Assembly: GCA_028534125.1 (NCBI GenBank)
Contig: CM052818.1
Span: 15,378,001-15,442,000, forward strand
Direction of reading: 5' to 3'
DNA: 64,000 nucleotides
DNA from: Lama glama
Taxonomy: Eukaryota
The notes under the pieces were generated by a model that had not been told where the DNA came from, did no database searches, and saw only the letters and a program-made list of their open reading frames with translations. Both the position numbers and the translations under genes were made by a program. Of the stretch, positions 12,123-24,050 are shown piece after piece (position 1 is the stretch's first letter; each line of letters begins with the position of its first letter).

Positions 12123-12637
12123 TGTGGTAGCCAGCCTCCTAGATGGCCCCCAGTATTCCTTACCTCCTGGTAGTCATACCCTTGAGTAGTCCCCTCCCAC
12201 ATTGTACTAGGAACAGTGAACAGTAGCACCGAGCAGAAATGATGTTACATCGCTTCGAAGATGAGAGTGTACCGGGTTGCAGTTTAGGTGCTGACTCTCC
12301 AGGATGTCTTGCTCTGAAGGAAGTAGGCTGTTGTGAGAAGCCCCATAGAGAGACTAGAATAGTAAGGAACTGAAGTCTCTGACCAACAGCCAGTGAGAAA
12401 ATAAGACCTGCCAACAACCACGTAGGTGAGGTTGAGAGCAGATTTTCTTGACTCGGTCCAGTTTGAGATGACTATAATTCTAGCTGACAGCTTCACTGCA
12501 ACCTACTGAGAAAACCTGAGCCAGCAAAGCTCCTCCCAGATTCTTGATGATCAGAACTGTTGGAGATAATAAATGCTTGTTGTTTTAGTCTGCTGAATTA
12601 GGGGTAATTTGTTACATGGCAGTAGAGAACTAACACA
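12123..12637 (+). mobile_element. ERVL-MaLR solo LTR (MLT1F-type), near full length
   Basis: Starts TGTGGTAGCCAGCCTCCTAGATGGCCCCC, has AATAAA near 12568, ends 'gtaatttgttacatggcagtagagaactaacaCA'. Confidence 0.88.
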
Positions 12638-15329
12638 AATCTTAAATCAGAAAATAAATCATTGGGTTTTCTTGAACATTGCAAGATACCTGTCTTTTCT
12701 TTCTACTTCAAATTCTTTCCTCCTTTTCAACTTAATAAATGTACTTATCACTTGGCACTGTGAGGGAAATTAGATTCTCTACTAATGTTGAAACCCATTT
12801 GACAATATCTTGGAGTGGTGGTTGAAGAGATGAGATTGCTCCCAATGCTTAATGTGACAAGAATTACCTCCAACAAATCTCGTAGTAATGGTCATTATTA
12901 ATTATCATCTAGACAGTGCCTTCTGTTTCCCCCCTTCTTTTAGAGATTCAGAGAAGCATCTCCTCTGTTGGGAAGTAAAATATGGATTAAGACAGAATCT
13001 GTTTCTGGTTGAAGGTTAGCTTATTCTCTCTCTTCGTGTTCTGTTTTTCTCCTTTAGTATTTAGGATAATGGACAGAGAACACATTTCAAGAGCCAGATA
13101 TTTTGCCTAAAATTTTTTCCATGAAATGCTGCAAAGAATTATGGAACAAATCCTTCTCTGACATACAAGAGCTGAGTGGGGAAACTCCCTTGAGACAGCT
13201 GGTGCCCAGTATCTATTTTAGTGCTCTATTTAAGTGAAAAATCTTTAGGATTTTACTAATGTTTTATTTATAATACAACTTTCTTTGTACACTGTGTCAA
13301 ACCTAGTTTTACTTCCATTATCTCAGAAATTCAGATAATATCCTAATTTAATAAAGTGAGAAGTACTCACCAGATAGTTAGAAGTATTCATGACTAGAAC
13401 CACCATTTCCTACCTTCATTCTAGGCCTTTTTTTTTGAAACACAAAAGTGGGCATTTAATTGGTTGAATTGAAGTCAGTTTCTTATGTGCTGAAAGAATG
13501 GCTCTCATACAGTGAGAATGGCCCAAGATAGAAAGGTCCTGTGAAGTTTCTTAAGTGGCAGTTGTTAATCCTCTGAGATAGTGCAGATTTTAAACAGCAC
13601 AAAACAGTTAGGACAAGTCCATGCAATTTTATTACTATTTAATAAAATTCATTTTGATTAAAATAACACTTCTGCTAAAATTGAATGGTACCTCTTTTTC
13701 TTGGATAACACAGTATTTTCATATAATATGGCAAAAATATTCAGAATATGTTTGAGATTTAGCCATGCTGTGTAAATAAAACATGGCCCAGAAGAGTCAC
13801 TTTGATTTGAAAGTGCCTGAATTTGCTCATCTTATCTTTGTAGCACCTTGGCAGAAGTGTGTCTTAGAGGACACACATTTATTCACAGGGCTGCTGTGTA
13901 TAAGGAGAGGCTACCTATCATCTAGAGCGTGGTTAAAAGTAGAGTTAATCTTCATCTGGAATGTGTCTTGTTTCTCTTCTGTTCATCCATGGAGGACATT
14001 AATCAGTGCTTCCTTGGAAACAATGTTCTGGTATATGAGTTAAAATTGTAATGAATGTAAAGAGAGGCAAATGAATAGGTCTAAAAATAGATTCCTATTC
14101 AGCAAAAGTCATACCCCTCCCCCTTAGACACAATTCTTCTGGTTGGCTGCCTATCGCAGTCAAGGGCATGGAACTTTGCAAGGACTTTGTCTCTTGCCTT
14201 GGTGCACATGTGGGTACACCCAAGACCCAGGACCATTGGTTTCGTGTGCAAAGCAATTAAACTGCCAGGTTCCAGCTGTGCTGCACCTTTCAGATTTTCC
14301 TAACATTAATTTCTACATGAGCCAAGGCAAATGAGCAATGGGAAACCTGATTAGTCTTCCCGAGGCTTCCTCTGTGGCCTCATTTCTCCCCAATGAGAGG
14401 AGTGTTTTACAGTTCTGCTGTGTGCATACCAAACGTTCATTTATTATCTTAGAAGAAAGAAGTACTCCTAAATAACATACACATAATTCCCAATTAGATA
14501 ATTTTAATTTTAATCATTATGCAAATCTAATGAACCACCTTTGCTTTTTGTTGCTCCCAAAGCTGGGTATCTTTCAAAAATATTTAAAGAGAGCATTATT
14601 CTGAAGTACCCGTAAGAGTATAGAATAGATTTCTTCATGAATGCTGACCAGATAGGTATTAAATTACTTGGGGGGGGGGTTCCATCATTTATGAATAAAC
14701 ACAATTTGGAATGTATGTAATGTTTAAATGGGAAATTTGTCAAGGTCATTACCATCACCTTGATTTGGTTGGGATATGTTCTTACTGAGGGCCTTTGATA
14801 TCTGCTCTTCTACTAGATTCATTGGAATTTCTGCACCACGACTACTTATGTACATGCACACTCTACTGCTGGTAAGGACTTGGGCTTTCTGGTTGCTCAT
14901 CCTAACAAGATGCCCAGGACTATGCGATGGTCCACAAGAACCCTTTCCCTAGGTGCAGTCAGACCCTAGTGGTCCACTCCACTCCTTATGCATAGATCTT
15001 TCATGGACTCTTGAGCAGTAGGAGGTGGGAGCCCGGAGTAGGAACTCAAATCAGTGTTTGTTAAATGAAAGACTGAATTTTGCAGGAAAAAAGTCCAGGA
15101 GAGAGAAGCGAACATTTCCCCAAATCTAATTCTTTAAATAAGTGCTTTCCACTTTCTGGTAAAAGTTGTACCACTTATTGCTGTGGCTTTTTTGTGATTT
15201 TCTGAGACCTCCCTTGTGTCTTTATCTTTCAGAGTGGTTCCTCCATAGAGAAGAACTGGGCACAGACAAATTCCTGAGTTCTTCTCAGAGCCTGGGTATT
15301 TAAAGGAAGTGGGGGAATCTGTAAAACAG

Positions 15330-15534
15330 ATGGGGCCCATGAGTGGACTTTGGGGCATTTGTGACTCCCCTGAGATGCTGTGCAAGTTTTGAGTATTTAT
15401 CCATATTCATATTTGTGGGGTTTTTTTGTTGTTTTTTTTTTTGGTTGTTTGTCTGTTTGTTTTGAGAAAGAGAATCCATAGCTTTTATCAGATGCTCAAA
15501 AGGTTTTGGGCTCCCAGACTGTCAAGAATCACTG
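15330..15534. mobile_element. hAT-Charlie family DNA transposon fragment
   Basis: End 'ccatagcttttatcagatgctcaaaagg...gtcaagaatcactg' resembles a Charlie-type terminus. Confidence 0.6.
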
Positions 15535-16341
15535 CCATTGAGACTATCAGCAGTGATTACAGACAGACTTTGTAATTTAAGTGCTAATGCTAGCCATATC
15601 TTAGGTGCTGGGGTTTTTAAAACGGAGTTCTGAAAATTTGCTGGTAGACACACAAAATGCTATTTGAGTAAAAAGTCTTATTATCCAAATAATCAGGACT
15701 TTGTGGAATGCTTTATGGGTCAAACTTTCACTTAAGCTCAGAGCTGCCTGATTTTTCTCAAATACGCAAGTTCTTGGCTTGTTCTGCTCTTGTGGATGCT
15801 GGAACAGAAACTCAGTGGTCATGGAGCATTTGCAGACTTCGTCTTTTAGTGGAATTGGAGGCTTCATTTTCCATTCTTCTCAAGCTAGCAGAGCTCTGTT
15901 CTCTCATGCCTGAAATGCATTTTCTTTTGGAACCTATCTTTTCTACTGGCTAAGTATTCACGATAAAAAAGGAACCTTCTAGAAGGCAGAATAAGTTGAG
16001 CACATTGTGTTTTATCTTTATGATGAAATGCTGACTTCCCATTAAAAGGCAAATCCTTCTTTTGAAAAAGTTGAATAGAAAGACACTTTAAAAAAGCCTT
16101 AAGGATTAAATTTGGACTGAGAAAAACTGATAAAATGTATTTGATCATGAATTGGATACATTTACATTCATTTTTAAAATAAGTTTTGATACATATATAT
16201 GTACATATATGTACACACACACACAATATAGTGAAAAAGAGAACGGAATGCCAGGCCACCTAGTGTTTGTATGGAACTTAGTAAGCATTGTCTTGTTTTA
16301 ATCAAGAAAATTTCAATCTGTAAGTAGTTTTGCAAACTTTC

Positions 16342-16480
16342 AGTCATTTGTTTATTCATTCATTCGTTCAGCAGACATTTGAGGTGTACAAGGTGCTAGG
16401 GCCTTCGTTAATCTCTGATGTGAAAATACAAATAAGAAAGTGATGTCCCCTGGAGAGCCTGCCTTCAGCCCAGACGGATG
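16342..16480 (-). mobile_element. L2 3' end
   Basis: 'ttattcattcattcgttcagcagacatttgaggtgtacaaggtgctaggg'. Confidence 0.7.
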
Positions 16481-16504
16481 GAACGTACCCCAATATGTTC
16501 GGGA

Positions 16505-16715
16505 GGCTGTGCAGTAGAGGGGCATCGAACGTGAGGTCTCCTGGGTGTGAACTTGGTGCTGTTCCATGTTAGCCTTGTGACCATGCCAGTCCCTTCACCA
16601 CTGTGGGCCTCAGATTCTGTTTTTAAACTAACTAGCATCACGTCACAGGGTTGTCATGAGTATGTAAAGGCCTAAGTAGAATGACCATAAATCCTGCATA
16701 AATACTAATTATTAT
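16505..16715 (+). mobile_element. MIR
   Basis: 'tgtgaccatgccagtcccttcaccactgtgggcctcag...gtcacagggttgtcatgag'. Confidence 0.65.
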
Positions 16716-16984
16716 GATTAATTTAAAAAAAAACAGTGTGAACAGAGTACTTGGGAACAGTGAGATGGGAACTGTGGAAAATGACTAGGGCAGTTCTGGA
16801 AAGATAATACAGAAAATGTATTCTCAAAGCTGGATGGGGTTGATTTGAGGTGAGAAAGATCTTCAAAGGAACGCGGATGGCACGTAGGTACATACATAGG
16901 TACTTAGGGAAGAGGGGTTAAAGCTATGGAGAAACAGGTTTTTTAGAATGCTTCTATTGTTTTCCTTCATTTGTTTAACTTAAG

Positions 16985-17415
16985 TTTTTTACTGAAGTAT
17001 AGTTGATTTAAAATATTGTTAGTTTCAGGTGTACAGCATAGTCATTGTTATTTTTTCTGATTATATTTTTATTATAGATTATTACAAGATGTTGAATATA
17101 ATTCCCTGTTCTATACAATAAACCCTGTTGCTTATCTGTTTTATATATAGTAGTTTGTAATCTCTTAATCCTGTATTCCTAATATGTCTCTCCACCCTCC
17201 CTCCTCCTGTTTGGTAACCGTAAGTTTATTTTCTATGTCTGTTTCTGTTTTGTATATAGATTCATTTGTATTAGTTTTCAGATTTCACATATAAGGGATA
17301 TTACGTAGTATCTGTCCTTCTCTGACTTACTTCATGAAGTATAATATTCTATAGACCCGTCCATGTCGCTGTAAATGGCAATATCTAATTCTTTTTTATG
17401 ACTGAGTAATAGTCC
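16985..17415 (-). mobile_element. 5'-truncated L1 3'UTR (artiodactyl-type L1)
   Basis: 'ttttttactgaagtatagttgattt...tttggtaaccgtaagttt...ctgacttacttca...gactgagtaatagtcc'. Imperfect TSD aacttaagttttt (16977) / aacttagttttt (17416). Confidence 0.88.
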
Positions 17416-18248
17416 AACTTAGTTTTTCTCTCTTATAAAGCTATAATTTGCCTTTTAAAGACATGCTCTTCTTATATCAAAAAGTAACTTAGGTCTGGTG
17501 ACTAATTGTCACTTTGGGGCCTCTTCATTCCCAGATAGCTAGTCTTCATATGTGGATTTATTAACTCCATAATTGAACTAACAAGTACAGATTTTTTCAA
17601 ATATAAATACATTACAATTTACTCTTTTTCTTATATCTAAGGATAAGGTTTTTAATTTTTCGTCTTGCTTTATTTCATAGCAAGTATTTCTAAAATCTTC
17701 CTGTTCTCTGTTACCTACCTTTTACTGAGAATTTTTTGTTTTCTACACAATGTTGTTTCATTGGCAGTTTGGTCCTAAATTCTCCTTTTTATTTGTTATT
17801 TTGATTGAATAGTACCTATCTCAGTCTGCTACTCTACCCTAAAGCAGCAAGCTTGTGGAATTTATATATGAGTGTGTGTGCACGTGTGTACATAGGGTGC
17901 AAATGTGAGACAGTTTTAAGTAAAAAAACATTTTCCTAAGTCCCTGAATCTTTTGTGAGATACTGAGGGAAGCAGAGTACAGAAATAGCAAGATGGCCGT
18001 GACTAACTGGCAAGATGATTCTTAAGAAAAAATGCTCTACTTTTTCAGTTCACAAAAATGTACTATATTTTTATTAAAGCATGTTTTCCTGTGGTCGTCT
18101 TTCTTTTCAGTGTAGCCTAAACTCTTCAAGGTCTTAAACCTATGATACTTGAAATTTGATTCGGTACAGGTGATGTACAAACATGGCAAACAACAGTTAT
18201 CTTGTTCTTTTGAGGGGCACATACATACATTTTTGAATAGACTTAGAA

Positions 18249-18288
18249 TTTAAAATAAAATCCTTATCCTTTAAAATAAAATCCTTAT
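18249..18288. repeat. Tandem duplication, 21-bp period
   Basis: tttaaaataaaatccttat occurs at 18249 and 18270. Confidence 0.85.
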
Positions 18289-19264
18289 TTTCAAAATCAA
18301 TTCATATTGTCAGTGCATTCAGATGCTCTTAGAGAATGTAATACTCTCTCTGCACATGAGGGTGCTCAGTGTTAGCCTTAATTTTCGGATATATTAGAAA
18401 CCAGTGTACTTGAAATACTATTATTTTAGCAATACCTATTCTCATGTTTACTAAAATTCTTATCTATGAAAACATCTGCAAAGCATTCAGTGCTATTAAT
18501 CTAATTGAAACTATTTGATTACACGGAGAGGAATGTTAAAATGACGAATATTTTTTGGAGACAAATTTAATTTGCTTTTAACTGCTATGGCAAATGACAT
18601 TCTTCTAGATCTCTGAATGGTATCGACGTTTATGTGTTCAGGTGTTGCACAAATTGAGGAACTAAATCACTTTCATAGGTAGGAGTTAAATGTGGTAGAG
18701 AAGCCATTAAAGGAATTTACAGCTGATCGTATGTCAAAGCAGTTTCCTGTGAAATCCTGCAGAGATGGGAGGGAGTATGAATCATTGAGAATTAAAGATT
18801 TTTCATCTCTAATTACTTTAGCTCTCTTAGGAACCACACATACATTTTTAATGTAAAAAACAAAGACCACAAACACCAGAAAGGGAATATTGCACTTAAT
18901 GCTGGCTCCTTCACTTTTTGTTTTTCAAGACGGGGCTTCTTGAAAATTCTGGAATCAAGAATTCTGGATTCAAGCTGAATGTGTCTATTTGCTTTTTAAT
19001 GCCTTCTCTCTTCATCTTCACTAAAACAACATCAGCAACACATTGTTTATAAGGCCTGTGAGATTTCATTCATTTTTCCTGTTGTTTGGCTGAAATGAAT
19101 GGGGAATGCTTAGAAAGCTTGCTGGCAATGTAGGCTTTTCTATTATTTTTAATGCAAGTTAAATAAACCCTTAGACTAAACAGTGATTTCAGGTACCCCT
19201 CAATTTGTATATGAAACCCAAATATGTTAACTGCCATTACTGTTTAACTGAATTAAAGGTTCCA

Positions 19265-19682
19265 TAGGCATCTGTTTATTGTCTTGGGTCATGCAGCATC
19301 TACTCTCTTTTCTCGGGATAAATCATCCCATTTTTCCTCTGGGAAACCCCTAGGTCATCTCTTCTTCATGCAGGAGGTGGGGCTAGATGTGTCTTGGATC
19401 TGGCCAATCAAACATCATATTCCAGTAGCCACTGTAGTTGGCTCAGGGGTGAGTATGCAAGCATAGCTATTTTGTCACTATAAGGACCTTGGGAATGAAG
19501 TTAACGTGTAGGAAAGTAGAATAAAATATCAGGAAAGAAGCCAAATGTCAGTGACTTTTTGAACCTCTGGAAAAAAGACCTAGATTTTTCAGTTTCTTCA
19601 TCCAAGAAGTTCCCCTTTTCATTCATGACAGTTTGAATTGAGTTTTCTGTCACCCTTAACTAAAAAAATGCTAACCAAAATA
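19265..19682 (+). mobile_element. Old MaLR LTR (MLT1K/L-like)
   Basis: 'ggctcaggggtgagtatg' and 3' end 'cagtttgaattgagttttctgtcac...ctaaccaaaata'. Confidence 0.65.
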
Positions 19683-20799
19683 TATATACAAGTTTTGAGC
19701 TGGAAATCCATGAGCTGCAAGAGGAGTGGGGGTTAAAATGAAGTACAGCTTCATTCCTGTAGCCAATTTCAGAGGCAGGGATTTTTTTTTTCCCTGTCTG
19801 AATATCATTTCTTTCCAAATAAGATTCCTACAACTTATGCCTAGATATGGGCATGTATAAAGAATCAGTCTGGCAGTTCTGAAATAAAAATCCTGACAAA
19901 GTAATCTAAGTTATTTTATGTTTTTTGAGATAAGTGATCTTTCTCCACATTGTGCCTCTGAGGTGAAGGCAAATCTCAGTTTCCACTCTTCAGTGGTCCT
20001 AGGGGAATGTGGCAGCATTCAAGCCTGCTGTGCCCATCACCTCGGGCAGCAGAGAATGGCCTGGAGGCTGACCCTGACCATCCAGGCGTGGGGGCATAGA
20101 GCTGGGCAAGCTGGGGCCATGTGCATACCTTGTACTCAGCACTGGGCCAGCCAGGCCAGCCTGGCCAGAGTAGATGCCCATATTTGTGGGGACATTGGAG
20201 GTCTGCATGCAAGTCTTGGGTTAAATAACCTCGGGAAAAGGAGGCAGCTGGCTTACCTGGCCTTGTAGAATCAACTTTCTGGAGATTTTTTTTTTTTTTT
20301 TTTGCAGGAATACTCACTGACCATCTTGCTTAACCTGCTAAGTGTTTTGGGGGTCCCTCTATGTGTTATGATTTGTTTGGGTTATGCATTTAAATGTTTG
20401 TTGTACTTTTCCCATCATCAATTTGTGGTTTTGGTAAGACCAAGGTGTCTGTTAGCTCAGCCTATCATGTTAATGTAACCTAAAGTCTGCAATAAGGTTT
20501 TAAGAATTAAATTCCCCTAGTGGTTGTCACTGTACTGCAGTCATCATAGGATAGTCAACTGATTGTCAGACTGTGTGAGAAATGATTCGCTCAGAGCCTG
20601 GTCCAGAGAAGAGCATATGTGCATGTTTGTGTGGAAAGTAGGAGAGGAGGAGGTGCATGCAGCCCAGCGTGGGTCCAGCTGGCCAAAAGTAAGAAAGTGT
20701 TCTGAAAAGAAAAGAGCCAAGAACCTCACAACTCTATTTCCTATTTAGAGGTGGCTCTGGTGGCCTCTGTCCCTTTGTCTCATCAGCTCCTCATCACTG

Positions 20800-23410
20800 A
20801 GAAACACTCCCAGAAAACTTCAAAGAGCTGTTGAAAAATAAGTCAACAGAGCTTCGTACCTAGCCAAACACTATTTTTAAGAATGAAGGCAAAATGGAAA
20901 AAAAAAATCAAAGACTTAGCTTACTAATCCATGGTACTTTATAAAGGACATAGATACAGTTCAGCAAGAAGAAAAGCGAACCCAGAGGGAAGGCATGAGT
21001 TAAAAACTAAGAAAAATTCTGAAATTTAACCATCAGTGGTGCTTTTTTCCCCAACCCAAGTAAGATAAAACTAAATTTCAGCACAATAATAAGATATGTT
21101 GTAAAATTCAAGGGTGATTAAATCATATTATCAGGAGGAGTATATAAAGTTGAAGAACATTGACTTTTAGAAAAATTCAGAGATAGAAGATATCTTAACA
21201 CTTTAAGAAAGTGCTTAAAAAGAATTTTTTAATGTTTAGCTTTCAAAGACATAATAAAAATTTTTATCAGTTTAATCAAGGTCAAGAAAAAGAGAACAAA
21301 GAAAGCAAAGAAATGAATGGTGAGTAGAAACTATAAAACAAGGTGGTAGAAATAACTGTATATGTATAAATACTCAGAATCACTGTTGTCAAGTAACAAT
21401 TATGTAAGTAACAAGTAAGTATTGACAAATTACTACATCATGTTGGCTTCTGGTTACATTGATAAAGTGGAATGAACTAATAGACACCTTGATCTTAACA
21501 AAAACATTAACAAATGCTGGAAAAATATAACAAACATTTAAATACATAATCCAAACAAGTGATAACATATAGAGAGACCATAAAGCATTAAACACAGTTC
21601 GTCAAGTAACAGATATTTTTATCTTTGACAGAGAAGAAAGGGTTGTAGCATATGGAATTCCCTCTGTCCCTAACAGAACAGAATAGGAAACTCAGAGAAA
21701 CACACTCACATAAATGAAGTCTGTATATATGACAGGCATATTAAAAATCAGTGGGGATAATCAATTAGTAAATGGAGTGGGCACAGTTGAGTCTCTAAAT
21801 AGGAATCTAATTTTATACCTATTTCCCTATCTCACATCATATATAAAAATCTATTCCATGTAGGATTGCAGAATATCAGACAACAACATATTAAAATAAA
21901 AAATGGGTAAGTAGAATATTTTCTAATTACAGGGTAGACAGAAACATTTAGAACAATTCACCAAAAAAAAGCACAAGCCATAAGTGAAATAGCTAAATTT
22001 CACTAAATTAAAATTTAAAATTTCTTCACATCAATAAACAGATAACATTAAAATAAAAGTCAACCTGGAAGAAAATATTTGGTGTACACATAGCTGTCAA
22101 AGAATTAGTAGCCTGAGAACATAAAAGGCCCAATAACCCAATGGACAAATGTGGAAAAGATGTAAACAAACAATTCACAGAAGAGAGAACCTAAATTAGG
22201 TCCATAGGTTAGCCATGATGTTCAGATTAAGCAGTACTTGGGAAACACAAATCAAAACAACAGAATACAGCTTTACACTAATATAATTGAGAATAAATTA
22301 TGACCACGCTAAATTGGTATCTACATAGTTGTATGGAGATTAATGTATGACACTTGAGGATGTGGGGGAACAGGAATCTCATCTGCTGCTGAAGGGGGTG
22401 GAAATGAAGCCACCTTTGGTGATACCTAGTGAACCCGCAGACTGCCTGTGCTAGGTGGGTACCTGCAGCGAGAAATATGAGTGAGAATATTCAATGCTAA
22501 ATTGCTTACAGCAGTGGAAAACTGAAAACTGTCTAAATATCCATTACAGGAAAATTAATAAACAAATTATAGCATATTTATGTAATAGAGTACTATAAAA
22601 AATCAAAATGATCGTGTGCTCCAAGTATCAGCATGAGGTATGATGTTGAGTTAGAAAAAAAAAAAAGGAAACTTGTGCAGTGATACCCATAGAAAAACAT
22701 TTTTGTATAGTTTAAACTATGCAGTCCAGTACTGTAATGGAATGAAGGCATGCATGGGTATCAAGCTTACTTGGAATAATTTTATTTCAAAAAATGTGAA
22801 ACAAATTTAGTGAAAAAGAGCATTATTAAAGTTGGGTTGTAAATTTACGATGTGTATTTTGATTTATTATTTAAAAATTTGCATGTATGAATAGTTTATA
22901 GTAAAAAATATTTTTAAAACAGTAAGACAAGGATGGTCTAATCAGAATAAAATAGTAGAAAAGGGCAAAAGATATCAATAAATAATTAAAGAGGAAATCT
23001 GAGTGGCCAATAAATATACTCAATCACAATTGTAACCAGGTAAATGGAACTAAAGCAAAATTAAACGTTCACTCTCTCCAAATAGGCAAAAACAAAAACA
23101 AAAATGTTGAAAATAACAAATCAGTGAAGGTGTAGGTTAAGATGACCTCTGATGGGAGTGTAAATTACTGTTAGTTTCTTTGTAAAACAGCTTATATAAG
23201 TTGGAAGATAAACATATCTTATGTACAAACAACAATATTATCCTAAATATGTCTTCATGCAGATGCACAAAGAACAAATGTTGATCAGCCCATGTATATG
23301 TGGAAAACTGAAAACCTAAATAAACATACATAGAGGACTGGAAAAACTAAGGTCTTTAAACATGATGGAATAATACTTCTATCAACATTGGTAAATATAA
23401 AACATAAATG
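20800..23410 (+). mobile_element. Old L1 (L1M-type) fragments, sense
   Basis: A-rich, with L1 ORF2/3' motifs: 'aataacccaatggacaaatgtggaaaagatgtaaacaaacaattcacagaagag', 'gaggatgtgggggaacaggaatctc', 'gatgggagtgtaaatt'. Confidence 0.75.
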
Positions 23411-23418
23411 TTTGCTGA

Positions 23419-23539
23419 GGGGGAGGGTATAGCTCAAGTGCTAGAGCACATGCTTAGCATGCACAAGGTCCTGGGTTCAATCCCTAGTACCTCCTCTAAA
23501 AAAAATAATAAACCTAATTACCTCCCCCTCCCCCCTCAA
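23419..23539 (+). mobile_element. tRNA-Ala(AGC)-derived camelid SINE (vic-1 type)
   Basis: Head GGGGAGGGTATAGCTCAAGTGCTAGAGCACATGCTTAGCATGC...GGTTCAATCC with A box, B box and AGC anticodon arm; tail 'aataaacctaattacctcccc'. TSD aaatgtttgctga (23406) / aaatgtttgataa (23540). Confidence 0.9.
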
Positions 23540-23604
23540 AAATGTTTGATAAAAATAAAAATTGTCAAATGTTACGTGGGCCTTTATACTATTCATGTAA
23601 ATTA

Positions 23605-24050
23605 AAAACCTAGACTCTTTGTTCTGCTTTTTGATCTATTTATCACCACATCAAGAACACACTATATAAATTACTATTGCTTTATAATAGATCTTGATAT
23701 AATAGATATTATTTTATGATAGATATTGATACTTGGGCACATCTCAATACCTTGATCATCTTTAGTAATATTTTGTCTATTCCTGGCCTTTTATTCTTTC
23801 AAATAAGTTTCAAAAGTAGCTTGTCAAATTTAGTTAAAGTGTGTTGATACTTTGTTTGAATGACATTGATTCTATTGCTCTGATAACTTAGGGAAAATTG
23901 ATACCTTTGTTACACTGAGTCTTCCTAATTCCTAAAAATGATACTTCTAATTTTAAATTGTCTTCACCAATGTTTCAGTGTCTAACGTTCTCCAAAAATA
24001 TACTGTGTATCCTTTGACATTCTGGGTACCTTATATATTTGTTGGCTGCC
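23605..24050 (-). mobile_element. Old L1 ORF2 fragment, antisense
   Basis: 'ttactattgctttataatagatcttgata...tctattcctggccttt...ttagggaaaattgatacctttg...ctgagtcttcct'. Confidence 0.7.

Noticed and set aside
18642..18678. Possible 37-nt plus-strand exon (ttcag|GTGTTG...CATAG|gtagga)
   Set aside because: Poor polypyrimidine tract and modest donor; indistinguishable from background.
23419..23493. tRNA-Ala gene (also 29480-29553 on the minus strand)
   Set aside because: Both are followed by a SINE tail and flanked by TSDs, and the stems carry mismatches; these are SINE heads.
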